Source: Vicinamibacterales bacterium (lineage in GTDB: Bacteria > Acidobacteriota > Vicinamibacteria > Vicinamibacterales > UBA2999). From it: a stretch of 58,673 nt of DNA. The DNA is taken from assembly GCA_035710305.1 (NCBI GenBank), contig DASTDQ010000142.1, positions 1-58,673 on the forward strand. The letters are read 5' to 3'. The translations under genes were made by a program, and so were the position numbers. The notes below the pieces were generated by a model. The model searched no databases and was not told where the DNA came from. It saw nothing but the letters and a program-made list of their open reading frames with translations. Shown piece after piece: positions 1 through 9,258 of the stretch (position 1 is its first letter; every line of letters starts with the position of its first letter).

Positions 1-70
1 CGAACCTCCCGCCGGAGATTCTACGCTTATAGCCGTGCTTGAAGTAGACCGTTTCCCCTTATGTTCGCCA

Positions 71-86
71 TGTTCCACGTGGAACA
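71..86. promoter_or_regulatory. parS: parS-like centromere site, perfect 16-bp palindrome TGTTCCACGTGGAACA
   Basis: Read directly at 71-86, 84 nt upstream of the parA start. One position differs from the conserved tGTTNCACGTGAAACa parS consensus. The sequence is self-complementary. Confidence 0.75.
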
Positions 87-169
87 GCGCTTGACGTGAG
101 AGCCAATGAGCCCTAGATTCATCCAGGGAGCACACCGCAAGGTGGGAGACAAATCTAAGATTAGTTCAT

Positions 170-973
170 ATGACAGAATCACCGCCGACTAGCGCATTTG
201 GCGCCCGAATCGTAGCGATCGCCAATCAGAAGGGTGGCGTGGGCAAGACAACGACGGCCATCAACCTGGCTACTTCGCTTGCCTTGGCGGGCAGACGGGT
301 GCTGCTGGTCGATGTTGATCCACAGGGAAATCTGACCAGCGGCATCGGCTTCAAGTCTCAACGATCCGATGGAGGCACTGTCTACGAGGCGCTTCTCGCC
401 GGCGGTCCCCCGGAGTCGTTTGTGCTTCCCACGCGTATCCCGAACCTCTCGCTCATACCCTCCGACCGAAACCTCACCGGAGCGGAGATCGAGATGGTGG
501 CCCTTCCGGAGCGGGAACACCGGCTCAAGCGCCTTTTGCACCCCTTGCGAGATCGCTTCGATCATCTCTTCGTCGACTGCCCGCCGTCGCTAGGCCTGCT
601 GACGCTGAACGCGCTCGTCGCCGCAGACGCGGTCCTGATTCCACTTCATTGCGAGTACTTCGCCCTGGAAGGACTCGCAGACCTGGTCGGAACGATGAGG
701 CGTGTTCGCGGTGGATTGAACCCCTCGCTCGACATCGAGGGCGTTCTCCTGACCATGTACGACGACAGAACCAACCTCGGTCAACTGGTAGCGCGTGACG
801 TGCGTGAGTTTTTCAAGGAAAAGGTTTTCAACACGATCATCCCTCGCAACGTGAAACTGGGCGAGGCGCCCAGCCATGGCATGCCCGGCGTCCTCTACGA
901 TGCCAAGTCACGAGGCGCCGCTGCGTACGCGGCGCTTGCCCGGGAAGTGCTCGCCCGCTACGCCGCCGCCTGA
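170..973 (+). CDS. parA: Chromosome partitioning ATPase ParA/Soj
   Basis: Deviant Walker A motif KGGVGKTTTAINLA. Full-length ParA-like sequence, immediately followed by parB. Confidence 0.95.
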   Translation: MTESPPTSAFGARIVAIANQKGGVGKTTTAINLATSLALAGRRVLLVDVDPQGNLTSGIGFKSQRSDGGTVYEALLAGGPPESFVLPTRIPNLSLIPSDRNLTGAEIEMVALPEREHRLKRLLHPLRDRFDHLFVDCPPSLGLLTLNALVAADAVLIPLHCEYFALEGLADLVGTMRRVRGGLNPSLDIEGVLLTMYDDRTNLGQLVARDVREFFKEKVFNTIIPRNVKLGEAPSHGMPGVLYDAKSRGAAAYAALAREVLARYAAA

Positions 974-987
974 AGGAGAACACAGTC

Positions 988-1857
988 ATGCTCGAACGCC
1001 GCCCCGCTCTGGGAAAGGGTCTCAGCGCGCTGATCCCGGATGTGCCGGAGCCGATCCGAACAGGTTCGCTCGAAGTCGACATCGATCTTCTGTCCCCCAA
1101 CGAGCAGCAGCCGCGGCTCCACATGGACGACGCCAGGCTGGAAGAACTGACGCAGTCGATCAAGTCCAACGGCATCATTCAGCCGATCCTCGTACGACGC
1201 GACGGGCAGGGGTATCGGATTATCGCCGGCGAGAGGCGCTGGCGCGCCGCGCAGCGAGCGGGACTGCATAAAGTGCCCGTTGTCGTGCGCGAGGTGACCC
1301 AGGGCGACAAGCAGGCGCTCGAGCTCGCCCTTGTCGAGAATCTCCAGCGCGAGAACCTGAATCCCGTGGATGAAGCGCTCGCGTATCAGCGCCTGGCAAA
1401 CGAGTTCGCCATGACCCAGGAGCAAATCGCGGCTGCAGTCGGGAAGGATCGCAGTTCCGTCGCCAATTTCATGCGACTGCTCAAACTCCCGGATGAAGTA
1501 CGTGGAGACTTGTCGGCCGGCGCTCTTTCCACGGGCCACGCGCGCGCCCTGCTGGCGCTTCCCGATGCGGCGACACAGAGGCAGACCGCCAGAGAGGTTG
1601 TTTCGCGGGCACTGTCGGTCCGCGAGACGGAGGCACTCGTCAAGAAGCTCCTCGCTCAAAGCACATCGAGACAGGAACCTGCAGCAGCCGCACGCACGAA
1701 AGACGTGCACACTCGGGCTGCCGAAGATCGGCTGCGGTTTGCGCTCGGAACAAAGGTCCAGATCGTTCGTCGGCGACAAGGTGGCAGGATCGAGATCGAG
1801 TTCACGTCGGAGAACGAATTGAACCGCCTGTTCGAACGGTTCACCGCGCAGCGCTGA
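988..1857 (+). CDS. parB: Chromosome partitioning protein ParB/Spo0J
   Basis: ParB box [11 protein letters not shown] region and C-terminal dimerisation region. Lies 15 nt after the parA stop. Confidence 0.95.
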   Translation: MLERRPALGKGLSALIPDVPEPIRTGSLEVDIDLLSPNEQQPRLHMDDARLEELTQSIKSNGIIQPILVRRDGQGYRIIAGERRWRAAQRAGLHKVPVVVREVTQGDKQALELALVENLQRENLNPVDEALAYQRLANEFAMTQEQIAAAVGKDRSSVANFMRLLKLPDEVRGDLSAGALSTGHARALLALPDAATQRQTAREVVSRALSVRETEALVKKLLAQSTSRQEPAAAARTKDVHTRAAEDRLRFALGTKVQIVRRRQGGRIEIEFTSENELNRLFERFTAQR

Positions 1858-1889
1858 CCTGGCTGAGAGTCGCGACGGATTGCGAGTCT

Positions 1890-2372
1890 GTGAGAGTCCC
1901 GAGCCGGAGATCGCTGTCGTTCGAGGAGGCGCGCGCGTTTTCGAAGGACGTGCGGAAGCGTGGCGGGATCGTGGTGTTCACCAACGGAGCGTTCGACGTG
2001 TTGCACCCCGGGCACATTCACAGCCTGAAGGAGGCCCGAGGGCTGGGAGACGCGCTCGTCGTTGGCGTGAATTCCGACCGTTCCGTCCGCGCGAACAAGG
2101 GGCCCGACCGACCGATCAACCGCGCCGAGGCCCGAGCCACGGTGCTGCTGGGACTGCTCTTTGTGGACGCGGTGGTCGTGTTCGACGAAGACACTCCGCT
2201 CGATCTCATCGCTCGGATCGAGCCCGACGTTCTCGTCAAGGGTGCCGACTGGAGCGCTGACAACATCGTCGGACGCGACCTCGTGGAAGCACGGGGCGGC
2301 CGCGTGGTTCGCCTCGATCTGACTCCAGGTTTTTCAAGCACGAGCCTGATCCAGAGGACCAGAGGGAAGTAG
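1890..2372 (+). CDS. rfaE2: D-glycero-beta-D-manno-heptose-1-phosphate adenylyltransferase (RfaE domain II-like cytidylyltransferase)
   Basis: Motif VFTNGAFDVLHPGH (the nucleotidyltransferase HxGH signature). About 160 aa, GTG start. Confidence 0.8.
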   Translation: MRVPSRRSLSFEEARAFSKDVRKRGGIVVFTNGAFDVLHPGHIHSLKEARGLGDALVVGVNSDRSVRANKGPDRPINRAEARATVLLGLLFVDAVVVFDEDTPLDLIARIEPDVLVKGADWSADNIVGRDLVEARGGRVVRLDLTPGFSSTSLIQRTRGK

Positions 2373-2384
2373 GTCCGGGGCCAC

Positions 2385-5300
2385 ATGGCGACCACGACAC
2401 CCTCGCTGACACTGCGCTCGATCCTGGGCCGTGCCGTCTCGCAGGCCAGGCTCGACCAGGGCGCGCCGGTTCTCGCCGGCCTGACAGCCTCGGCAAAGGC
2501 TCTGGCCGCGGCGGGGCTGGCGCGGAGCCGCGGAGGAGTGACGCTGGTCGTCGTCCCAACGGAGGCCGACGTCGAGCGATTCATCGCCGACCTCCGCTTC
2601 TTCTACGCCGGCCTCGAGGCCGCTTCCGATGCGGCCCTTGACCACGCCATCCTGCCCCTGCCCGCCATCCAGGTCGATCCGTATCGGGGAATGACGCCAC
2701 ACTTCCGCGTCGCGGCGGGGCGGGCGCGCGCTCTGCACGCGGCGGCAGCCGGCACGGCACGGGTGATCGTCGCGTCCTCGGCCGCGTTGTTGCCACGCGT
2801 CAGTTCTCCCGCACGTCTGCTGGCCACGTCAGTCGAACTCCGCGTAGGCAGCGAGTGTGAGCCTCAGCGCCTGGCGGATCTGCTGATCGAGGGCGGATTC
2901 ACGAGAGAGGATCCCGTCGACGAACATGGCGCATTCGCCCTTCGCGGCGGCATCGTGGATGTCTTTCCGACAGCCGACGCCGAACCGGTGCGCATCGAGT
3001 TCGTCGGCGACATGGTCGAGACGCTGCGGCGATTCGATCCGTCGACGCAGCGATCGACTGGTGCGATCGATCTGGTCCAGATCGTTCCGGCGCGGGAGCG
3101 GTTCGACGACGACGAGCCGACGTCTGTGATGGAATTCCTCGCTTCCTCGCCGGCGGGCCTGAACCTGATCGTCTCGGAGTACGAGGAGGTTCGGCAGCAG
3201 GCGCTGAAGCTTCGCGAACAACTGCAGCGCAGCTACGAGGAGACGTCCGCACGAGGCCGCCCGGCGGCGGTTCCTCCGGCGCTTGCCTTCACCGATTGGG
3301 AGGATCTCGCGGCACGAACGGCAAAGGCTCTCCGCCTCGAAGAACTGACCATCGCAGACGATGCCGCAGCGCGCCACGTGTCGTGTCAGCCGGCGATCGA
3401 GTTTCGAGGTCGTATCGGAGACTGGGCCGCGGACATCAAGCGCGCCAGGGAGAGCGGTGCAACGGTTCTCGTCGTAGCTGACAGCCCCGGAAAGGCCGAA
3501 CGCAGCGCCGAGATTCTCCGCGACTACGACATCATCGCCGTGCCACTCGACCGGGCGGAGGAGGCACACGCCGGGGCCGTTCTGATCGCCATCGGAGCGC
3601 TGTCGAAGGGGTTTCGACTGGAGGACGCCGACCTCCAGATCTACTCGGAAGCAGATGTCTTCGAGGAAGAGAGGAGGATCACCGAGGGGCGGCGAAGCCT
3701 CTCGAAAACGTTTCTTTCAGACCTGCGCGACCTGAAGGTGGGCGATCTCGTCGTTCACGTCGATCATGGCATCGGAGAATTCGTCGGGCTCAAGCAGCTC
3801 GCGACGGGCAGTCGTTCGACGCCGGCAACGGGAGCAGACCTCCAGGAATTCCTCGAGCTCCGATATCACGGGGACGACAAGCTGTTTGTTCCCGTCGAGC
3901 GCCTTGACCTCATCCAGAAGTACACCGGTGGCTCCCGGCCCGCTCTGGATCGACTGGGCGGAACCACCTGGGAAAAGGCCAAGACGCGAGTCAAGAAGGC
4001 CATGCGGGACATGGCCGAAGAGCTCCTCAAGCTGTACGCGCAACGCAAGGCCATGCCGGGGCACGCCTTCGCCGCCGACACGCATTGGCAGGAGGAATTC
4101 GAAGGCGCATTTCCGTACGAACCCACGCCCGACCAGGCGACCGCCATCGCGGACGTCAAGCGCGACATGGAAACGGCAACGCCCATGGATCGTCTGTTGT
4201 GCGGCGATGTCGGCTACGGCAAGACCGAAGTGGCCATGCGTGCCGCCTTCAAAGCCGTGATGGATGGAAAGCAGGTCGCCTTCCTCGCACCGACGACGGT
4301 CCTGGCGTTTCAGCACCTGAAAACGCTGCGCGATCGATTTGCGGCGTTTCCCGTCACCATCGACATGGTCAGCCGGTTTCGGACCCGGCAGGAAATCAAA
4401 GAGGTCGTCGGGCGTGTCGCCGAAGGCAAGGTCGACATCATTGTCGGGACGCACCGGTTGTTGTCCAAGGACGTGCAATTCAAGGACCTCGGCCTTCTCG
4501 TTGTCGACGAGGAGCAGCGCTTTGGCGTCGTCCACAAGGAACGCATCAAGCAGATGCGCAAGCGCGTCGACGTGTTGACGATGACGGCCACGCCGATTCC
4601 GAGGACGTTGAACATGTCGCTCGTCGGCATCCGCGACATGTCGATCATCGAGACGCCGCCGAAGGACCGGCTGTCGATCCAGACGAACGTCGTGAAGTTC
4701 GACGCCGCCGTTATCGAGCGGGCGATTCGCAACGAGATCGCGCGGGGAGGCCAGGTCTACTTCGTCCACAACCGCGTCGAGTCGATTTTCTCGATTGGCA
4801 ACCTGGTGCAGCGGCTCGTGCCGGAAGCGCGAATCGCGATCGGTCACGGGCAGATGGGGGAAGAAGAACTGGAACGGGCCATGCTGACGTTCGTCGATCG
4901 ACGCTGCGACATCCTGCTGGCGACGACGATCGTCGAAAACGGGCTCGACATTCCGAACGCGAACACCATCATCATCAATCGCGCGGACCGGTACGGGCTC
5001 GCGCAGCTGTACCAACTTCGAGGGCGAGTCGGCCGATCGGATCGCGCCGCGTATGCATACCTCTTGATCCCCCCGCCGGAGTCGCTGTCTCCCGTCGCGC
5101 GCAAGCGGCTCGCGGCAATCAGGGAGTTCAGCGACCTCGGGAGCGGGTTCCGAGTCGCAGCGCTCGACCTGGAGATTCGCGGCGCCGGCAATCTTCTCGG
5201 GGGGGAGCAGAGCGGTCACATCGACGCGGTCGGCTTCGAGATGTACGTGAAGCTGCTCGAAGAGGCGATCCGTCAGCTTCGGGGCGAGGAGCTCGAGGAA

Positions 5301-5912
5301 GAGGCCCGGGCCACCGTCAACCTGCGCATCGACTTGAGGATCGACGACAGTTATATCCCCGATATGAACCAGCGGCTGATGGTCTATCGAAAGGTGGCAT
5401 CGGCCAGGACGGAACCCGAGGTGAATTCCTTGCTGGAGGAGCTCCGGGATCGCTACGGGGCCCCGCCCGAGTCAGTGCTCAACCTCGCCGAGTACGGACG
5501 GACCAGAATCATGGCGGACCGGCTCGAGGTCGATTCAATCGACCGGGAGGGCCGCATGATCGTCATTAGATTCAGGCCCAATGCCCGACTCGATGGACTG
5601 CATCTCGTAAAGGTCGTGAGCGGCTGGCCGGGCGCCACCCTGGTGCCTCCCGTGTCCGTCACGCTGGATCTCGAGGCTGCGCCCGAACCGTCCGCCGAGG
5701 CTCGCCGGGCGGGGCCGAAGAGGGGCGACACCAGTCGAGGTCGTAGTCATGCGGCGCAGGGCAGCTGGTGGACCGCCCGCGCGTTGGCTGGTGAAGTGAA
5801 AGCGGGGTTCAACAAGGCCGAAGTGCTGCGCGTGCCCGAGCGCAGCCCGAGGGCCGAAGACGGTTTGTTCTCGCGCCTCCTGTCGCTGCTTCAGGCGCTC
5901 GACGCCGGGTGA
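2385..5912 (+). CDS. mfd: Transcription-repair coupling factor Mfd
   Basis: 1175 aa. Has a UvrB-homology N-terminus, a CarD-like RNAP-interaction domain (DLKVGDLVVHVDHGIGEF), superfamily-2 helicase motifs (GDVGYGKTEVA, DEEQRFG) and a TRG motif region. Confidence 0.95.
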   Translation: MATTTPSLTLRSILGRAVSQARLDQGAPVLAGLTASAKALAAAGLARSRGGVTLVVVPTEADVERFIADLRFFYAGLEAASDAALDHAILPLPAIQVDPYRGMTPHFRVAAGRARALHAAAAGTARVIVASSAALLPRVSSPARLLATSVELRVGSECEPQRLADLLIEGGFTREDPVDEHGAFALRGGIVDVFPTADAEPVRIEFVGDMVETLRRFDPSTQRSTGAIDLVQIVPARERFDDDEPTSVMEFLASSPAGLNLIVSEYEEVRQQALKLREQLQRSYEETSARGRPAAVPPALAFTDWEDLAARTAKALRLEELTIADDAAARHVSCQPAIEFRGRIGDWAADIKRARESGATVLVVADSPGKAERSAEILRDYDIIAVPLDRAEEAHAGAVLIAIGALSKGFRLEDADLQIYSEADVFEEERRITEGRRSLSKTFLSDLRDLKVGDLVVHVDHGIGEFVGLKQLATGSRSTPATGADLQEFLELRYHGDDKLFVPVERLDLIQKYTGGSRPALDRLGGTTWEKAKTRVKKAMRDMAEELLKLYAQRKAMPGHAFAADTHWQEEFEGAFPYEPTPDQATAIADVKRDMETATPMDRLLCGDVGYGKTEVAMRAAFKAVMDGKQVAFLAPTTVLAFQHLKTLRDRFAAFPVTIDMVSRFRTRQEIKEVVGRVAEGKVDIIVGTHRLLSKDVQFKDLGLLVVDEEQRFGVVHKERIKQMRKRVDVLTMTATPIPRTLNMSLVGIRDMSIIETPPKDRLSIQTNVVKFDAAVIERAIRNEIARGGQVYFVHNRVESIFSIGNLVQRLVPEARIAIGHGQMGEEELERAMLTFVDRRCDILLATTIVENGLDIPNANTIIINRADRYGLAQLYQLRGRVGRSDRAAYAYLLIPPPESLSPVARKRLAAIREFSDLGSGFRVAALDLEIRGAGNLLGGEQSGHIDAVGFEMYVKLLEEAIRQLRGEELEEEARATVNLRIDLRIDDSYIPDMNQRLMVYRKVASARTEPEVNSLLEELRDRYGAPPESVLNLAEYGRTRIMADRLEVDSIDREGRMIVIRFRPNARLDGLHLVKVVSGWPGATLVPPVSVTLDLEAAPEPSAEARRAGPKRGDTSRGRSHAAQGSWWTARALAGEVKAGFNKAEVLRVPERSPRAEDGLFSRLLSLLQALDAG

Positions 5913-5962
5913 GGCTTCCGGAGGCGGTCGATGTCATATAAAATGTTGATGTTCAAGGAATT

Positions 5963-7039
5963 GTGATGTTCAAGCGAACTGTCGTCGCGATGGCAATGGC
6001 GGCATGTGCCGCGTCTGCAACGGTCGGCGCCGAAATCCTCGAGCAGGTACTTGTCAGAGTAAACGGCGAAATCATCACCAAGACAGAGTTCGAGGCTCGC
6101 CAGGTCGCCGCGCTTGGAAACCGGCCGGAACTGGCCGGCGCCGGGCCGTCGAGTCCCGAATTGCGGAAAGCAGTCGCCGAGCTCACCCCCGATCTGATCC
6201 TGTCCGCTGTCGACGATCTGCTCCTGGTCCAGCGGGGCCGGGAGTCGGGATATGCCCTCGGCGATCAACAGTTCACGCAGATTCTCGAGAACATCAAGAC
6301 GACAAACGACCTCCAGGACGACGCCAAGTTCCGGGAAGCGCTCCGGCAGGAAGGCCTGACGCTCGCCGACCTTCGACGCAACCTCGAGCGCCAGATGCTC
6401 ATCTCGCAGGTTCAGCGCGTCGAGATTCTCGACAAGATCAGCCTCACTGACGAAGAAGCGAGAGCGTATTACGAGTCGCACCTGAAGGAGTTCACGGCGC
6501 CTGCAGAGGTCACGCTGCGCGAGATCCTGTTCGAAGTCGCCAACACGAGCCGCGGTTTCAACGTGGCTGAAGACGACGCAATCCGGGCGCGCGCTGCGGA
6601 AGTCCGGAAACGCCTGATCGGCGGCGAGCCTTTTCCGCGTCTTGCGGGTGAGTACTCGGCGTCCGGATCGAAAGCGAACGGCGGTCTCGTCGGCCCCTTG
6701 AATGTCGAGGAGCTGTCCTCAAACCTCCGCGACCTGCTGGCCGGCATGCAGGTGGGTGATCTCACCGAACCGCTCCGGACGGCGCGCGGGTACCAGCTGA
6801 TCAAGCTCGAGTCTCGAACCGACGCGAGGGTGCGGTCCTTCGAGGCCGCGCGCGGTGATATCGGCAACAAGCTCGGCGAGCAGAAGCTGCGAGTCGAACG
6901 CGAAAAGTACTTGGATCGGTTGCGGGAGCAAGCCACGATCGTCTGGCGGAACGCGGAGCTGAAGAAGGCCTATGAGACCGCGCTCAGCCGCCGACAAGCC
7001 GCGAACACTCAGGCGGCTGCGGCCGCGCCGGCGAACTGA
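5963..7039 (+). CDS. SurA-like periplasmic chaperone / PpiC-type peptidyl-prolyl isomerase
   Basis: Signal peptide, SurA N-terminal-like region and one parvulin domain. The start could be GTG 5963 or ATG 5966. Confidence 0.8.
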   Translation: MMFKRTVVAMAMAACAASATVGAEILEQVLVRVNGEIITKTEFEARQVAALGNRPELAGAGPSSPELRKAVAELTPDLILSAVDDLLLVQRGRESGYALGDQQFTQILENIKTTNDLQDDAKFREALRQEGLTLADLRRNLERQMLISQVQRVEILDKISLTDEEARAYYESHLKEFTAPAEVTLREILFEVANTSRGFNVAEDDAIRARAAEVRKRLIGGEPFPRLAGEYSASGSKANGGLVGPLNVEELSSNLRDLLAGMQVGDLTEPLRTARGYQLIKLESRTDARVRSFEAARGDIGNKLGEQKLRVEREKYLDRLREQATIVWRNAELKKAYETALSRRQAANTQAAAAAPAN

Positions 7040-7057
7040 GGTCGGCCGAGACCGTCG

Positions 7058-7600
7058 ATGAGCCAGAAGTCGACCCAGTCTGTGACGGAGATCGGTCCCT
7101 GGCGCGACGACGGGGAGAACTGGTTCGCATTGTGGATTCGGTCGCGGCACGAACAGGTTGTGCGCGAGCAGCTCGAACAGAAGCGAATCGAGACGTTCCT
7201 GCCCACCGTCACTCGTTGGAGCCGGTGGAAGGATCGCAAGAAAAAGATCGACTGGCCCCTGTTCCCGGGGTACTGCTTCGCGCGGTTCGATCCCCGCGAC
7301 CGATTGCCGGTGCTGAAGTGCACTGGCGTCGTCAACATTGTGTCGTTCGAAGGCGAACCGGCACCAATTCCGCAGCTGGAGATCGAAGGCATACGACGGC
7401 TCGTGCAGAGCGATCTGGCGTACGATCCGTGCCCCATGATTCGGGAGGGCATGATGGTCGAAGTCGTTCACGGTCCCTTGACCGGCGTCGTGGGCCGGCT
7501 CGTCCGAAAGAACGACAAAGCGCGGCTGGTGCTCTCTGTCGATCTCATCGGTCAGGCGGTGAGCGTCGAAGTTGATGCCGCCGACGTCCGGCCGTACTGA
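7058..7600 (+). CDS. NusG-family transcription antiterminator paralog (RfaH/UpxY-like)
   Basis: NGN domain (WFALWIRSRHEQ...PLFPGYCFARF) plus a C-terminal KOW motif (GMMVEVVHGPLTGVVGRLV). Not in a secE-nusG-rplK context. Confidence 0.8.
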   Translation: MSQKSTQSVTEIGPWRDDGENWFALWIRSRHEQVVREQLEQKRIETFLPTVTRWSRWKDRKKKIDWPLFPGYCFARFDPRDRLPVLKCTGVVNIVSFEGEPAPIPQLEIEGIRRLVQSDLAYDPCPMIREGMMVEVVHGPLTGVVGRLVRKNDKARLVLSVDLIGQAVSVEVDAADVRPY

Positions 7601-7606
7601 CAGCTC

Positions 7607-8653
7607 GTGAAGATCGGCTCCATCGAATTCCCATCGCCGCTGGTCGTGGCACCAATGGCCGGCATGACAGACACGGCTTTCCGCCGCCTCGTCAAGAGGC
7701 AGGGCGGCTGCGGTCTGGTGGTCACGGAGATGGTGTCGTCGGAGGGCCTGGTGCGGGGAATCGACCGCACGCTCGAGTACGCGGAATACACCGAGGAAGA
7801 GCGTCCTGTCGCCCTCCAGATTTTTGGCGGGAATCCTCACACGATGGCTGAAGCCGCCCGCATCGTCGAAGGCATGGGTGCCGATGTCGTCGACATCAAC
7901 ATGGGGTGCCCGGTAAAGAAGATTGCCAAGCACAATGCGGGCTGCAGCCTGATGCGGGAACCCGAACACGCCGCGCGAATCGTGTCGGCGATGACAACGG
8001 CGGTGAGCATACCCGTCACCGTAAAGATGCGTGCGGGATGGAGCGACGACGAGCGCAACGCGCCGACACTGGCCAGGATGGTTCAGGACGCCGGCGCTGC
8101 AGCCGTGACGATTCACGGGCGGACGGCCGAGCAGTCATACAGCGGCCTGGCTGACTGGGACCTGGTCAGCCGTGTCGCCGCCGACTTGAAGATTCCCGTG
8201 CTGGGAAGCGGCGATTGCCTGGAGCCCGAGCAGATTGTGTCCCGACTGCAGGCGGGGGTCGCCGGAGTGCTCGTCGGACGCGGCGTGCTTCGTAACCCCT
8301 GGATTCTTGCGCAGTCGTCCGACATCAGAGCCGGACGCGATCCGCGGGCGGTCACGATGGAAGACCGCGGCCGGTTTCTGCTCGATTACATCGATCTGCT
8401 GATCGACCAGCGAGAGAACGAGGCCAGAGGGTTCCGTCACACGGCCCCGGGCCCGCTGCCGGACGCGGCTCCTGCGTCGGGACGCGAGCGCTGGGTCATC
8501 AACAAGATTCGCGCGTTGTGTGCGTGGTACTCGAAGGGGCTCGATGCCGGCTCGCATCTCCGCGTGCGAGTCAACAGCGTCGATCGGGTGGCCGAGCTGC
8601 GCAGGGCTATCGAGGAATACTTCCTGGCGAACACATCGGTGGCGCCGGCCTAG
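7607..8653 (+). CDS. dus: tRNA-dihydrouridine synthase
   Basis: N-terminus PLVVAPMAGMTDTAFR and the TIM-barrel Dus signature DINMGCP..K. GTG start. Confidence 0.9.
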   Translation: MKIGSIEFPSPLVVAPMAGMTDTAFRRLVKRQGGCGLVVTEMVSSEGLVRGIDRTLEYAEYTEEERPVALQIFGGNPHTMAEAARIVEGMGADVVDINMGCPVKKIAKHNAGCSLMREPEHAARIVSAMTTAVSIPVTVKMRAGWSDDERNAPTLARMVQDAGAAAVTIHGRTAEQSYSGLADWDLVSRVAADLKIPVLGSGDCLEPEQIVSRLQAGVAGVLVGRGVLRNPWILAQSSDIRAGRDPRAVTMEDRGRFLLDYIDLLIDQRENEARGFRHTAPGPLPDAAPASGRERWVINKIRALCAWYSKGLDAGSHLRVRVNSVDRVAELRRAIEEYFLANTSVAPA

Positions 8654-8666
8654 GAACACGCGGCGA

Positions 8667-9245
8667 ATGGATTCCGACGTCTCACGGCAGCTGCGCCAGA
8701 TCGCCGAAGGTCTCCGGGCGATCAGCGAAGGGTCTTATGCCGCGCAGGTGGAACGGGCACTCGACATTCTCGAGACCGCGTTTCGTGCCGGCGGGACCCT
8801 GCTGGTCTTTGGCAACGGCGGATCTGCTGCCGACGCCGAGCACCTATGCGCGGAATTGGTCGGTCGCTTCTCGGCCGACCGCCGCCCGTTGCCGGCGATC
8901 GCGTTGACGACCAATCAGGCGTTCCTGACGGCGTGGAGCAACGACCGGCAATTCGATGACGTCTTCGCCCGTCAAATCGAGGGCGTTGGACGACCCGGCG
9001 ACGTGGCGTGGGGCATTTCGACGAGCGGTAATTCCCCGAACGTCGTCAACGGCCTCCGCCGGGCCCGCGAGCTGGGGCTGAGGACGCTGGGACTGTCGGG
9101 AGCCACCGGCGGGCCCATGGCCGAGTGGTGCGATGCCCTCATGGCGGTTCCACTCGACCAGACGCCGCGGATTCAGGAAGCGCACCTCGTCACATACCAC
9201 ACGATTTGCGGCGAGCTCGAGCGCCGGCTGTTCACCCGGGGCTGA
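8667..9245 (+). CDS. gmhA: Phosphoheptose isomerase (SIS domain)
   Basis: Motifs FGNGGSAADAEHLCAELVGRF, GISTSGNSPNV and RIQEAH closely parallel E. coli GmhA. I chose the internal ATG at 8667 because the longer ORF from 8520 overlaps the dus 3' end. Confidence 0.9.
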   Translation: MDSDVSRQLRQIAEGLRAISEGSYAAQVERALDILETAFRAGGTLLVFGNGGSAADAEHLCAELVGRFSADRRPLPAIALTTNQAFLTAWSNDRQFDDVFARQIEGVGRPGDVAWGISTSGNSPNVVNGLRRARELGLRTLGLSGATGGPMAEWCDALMAVPLDQTPRIQEAHLVTYHTICGELERRLFTRG

Positions 9246-9258
9246 GCGTGTCGGGCGG

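Noticed and set aside
8520-9245. N-terminally extended versions of real genes in the ORF track: 8520, 13518, 21616, 22059, 24838, 33191, 39427, 46908, 49971 and 57233
   Set aside because: The extensions overlap the preceding gene, are Arg-rich, and precede an internal start with a better context. That context is a Shine-Dalgarno sequence, a signal peptide or a stop/start overlap. I used the internal starts.
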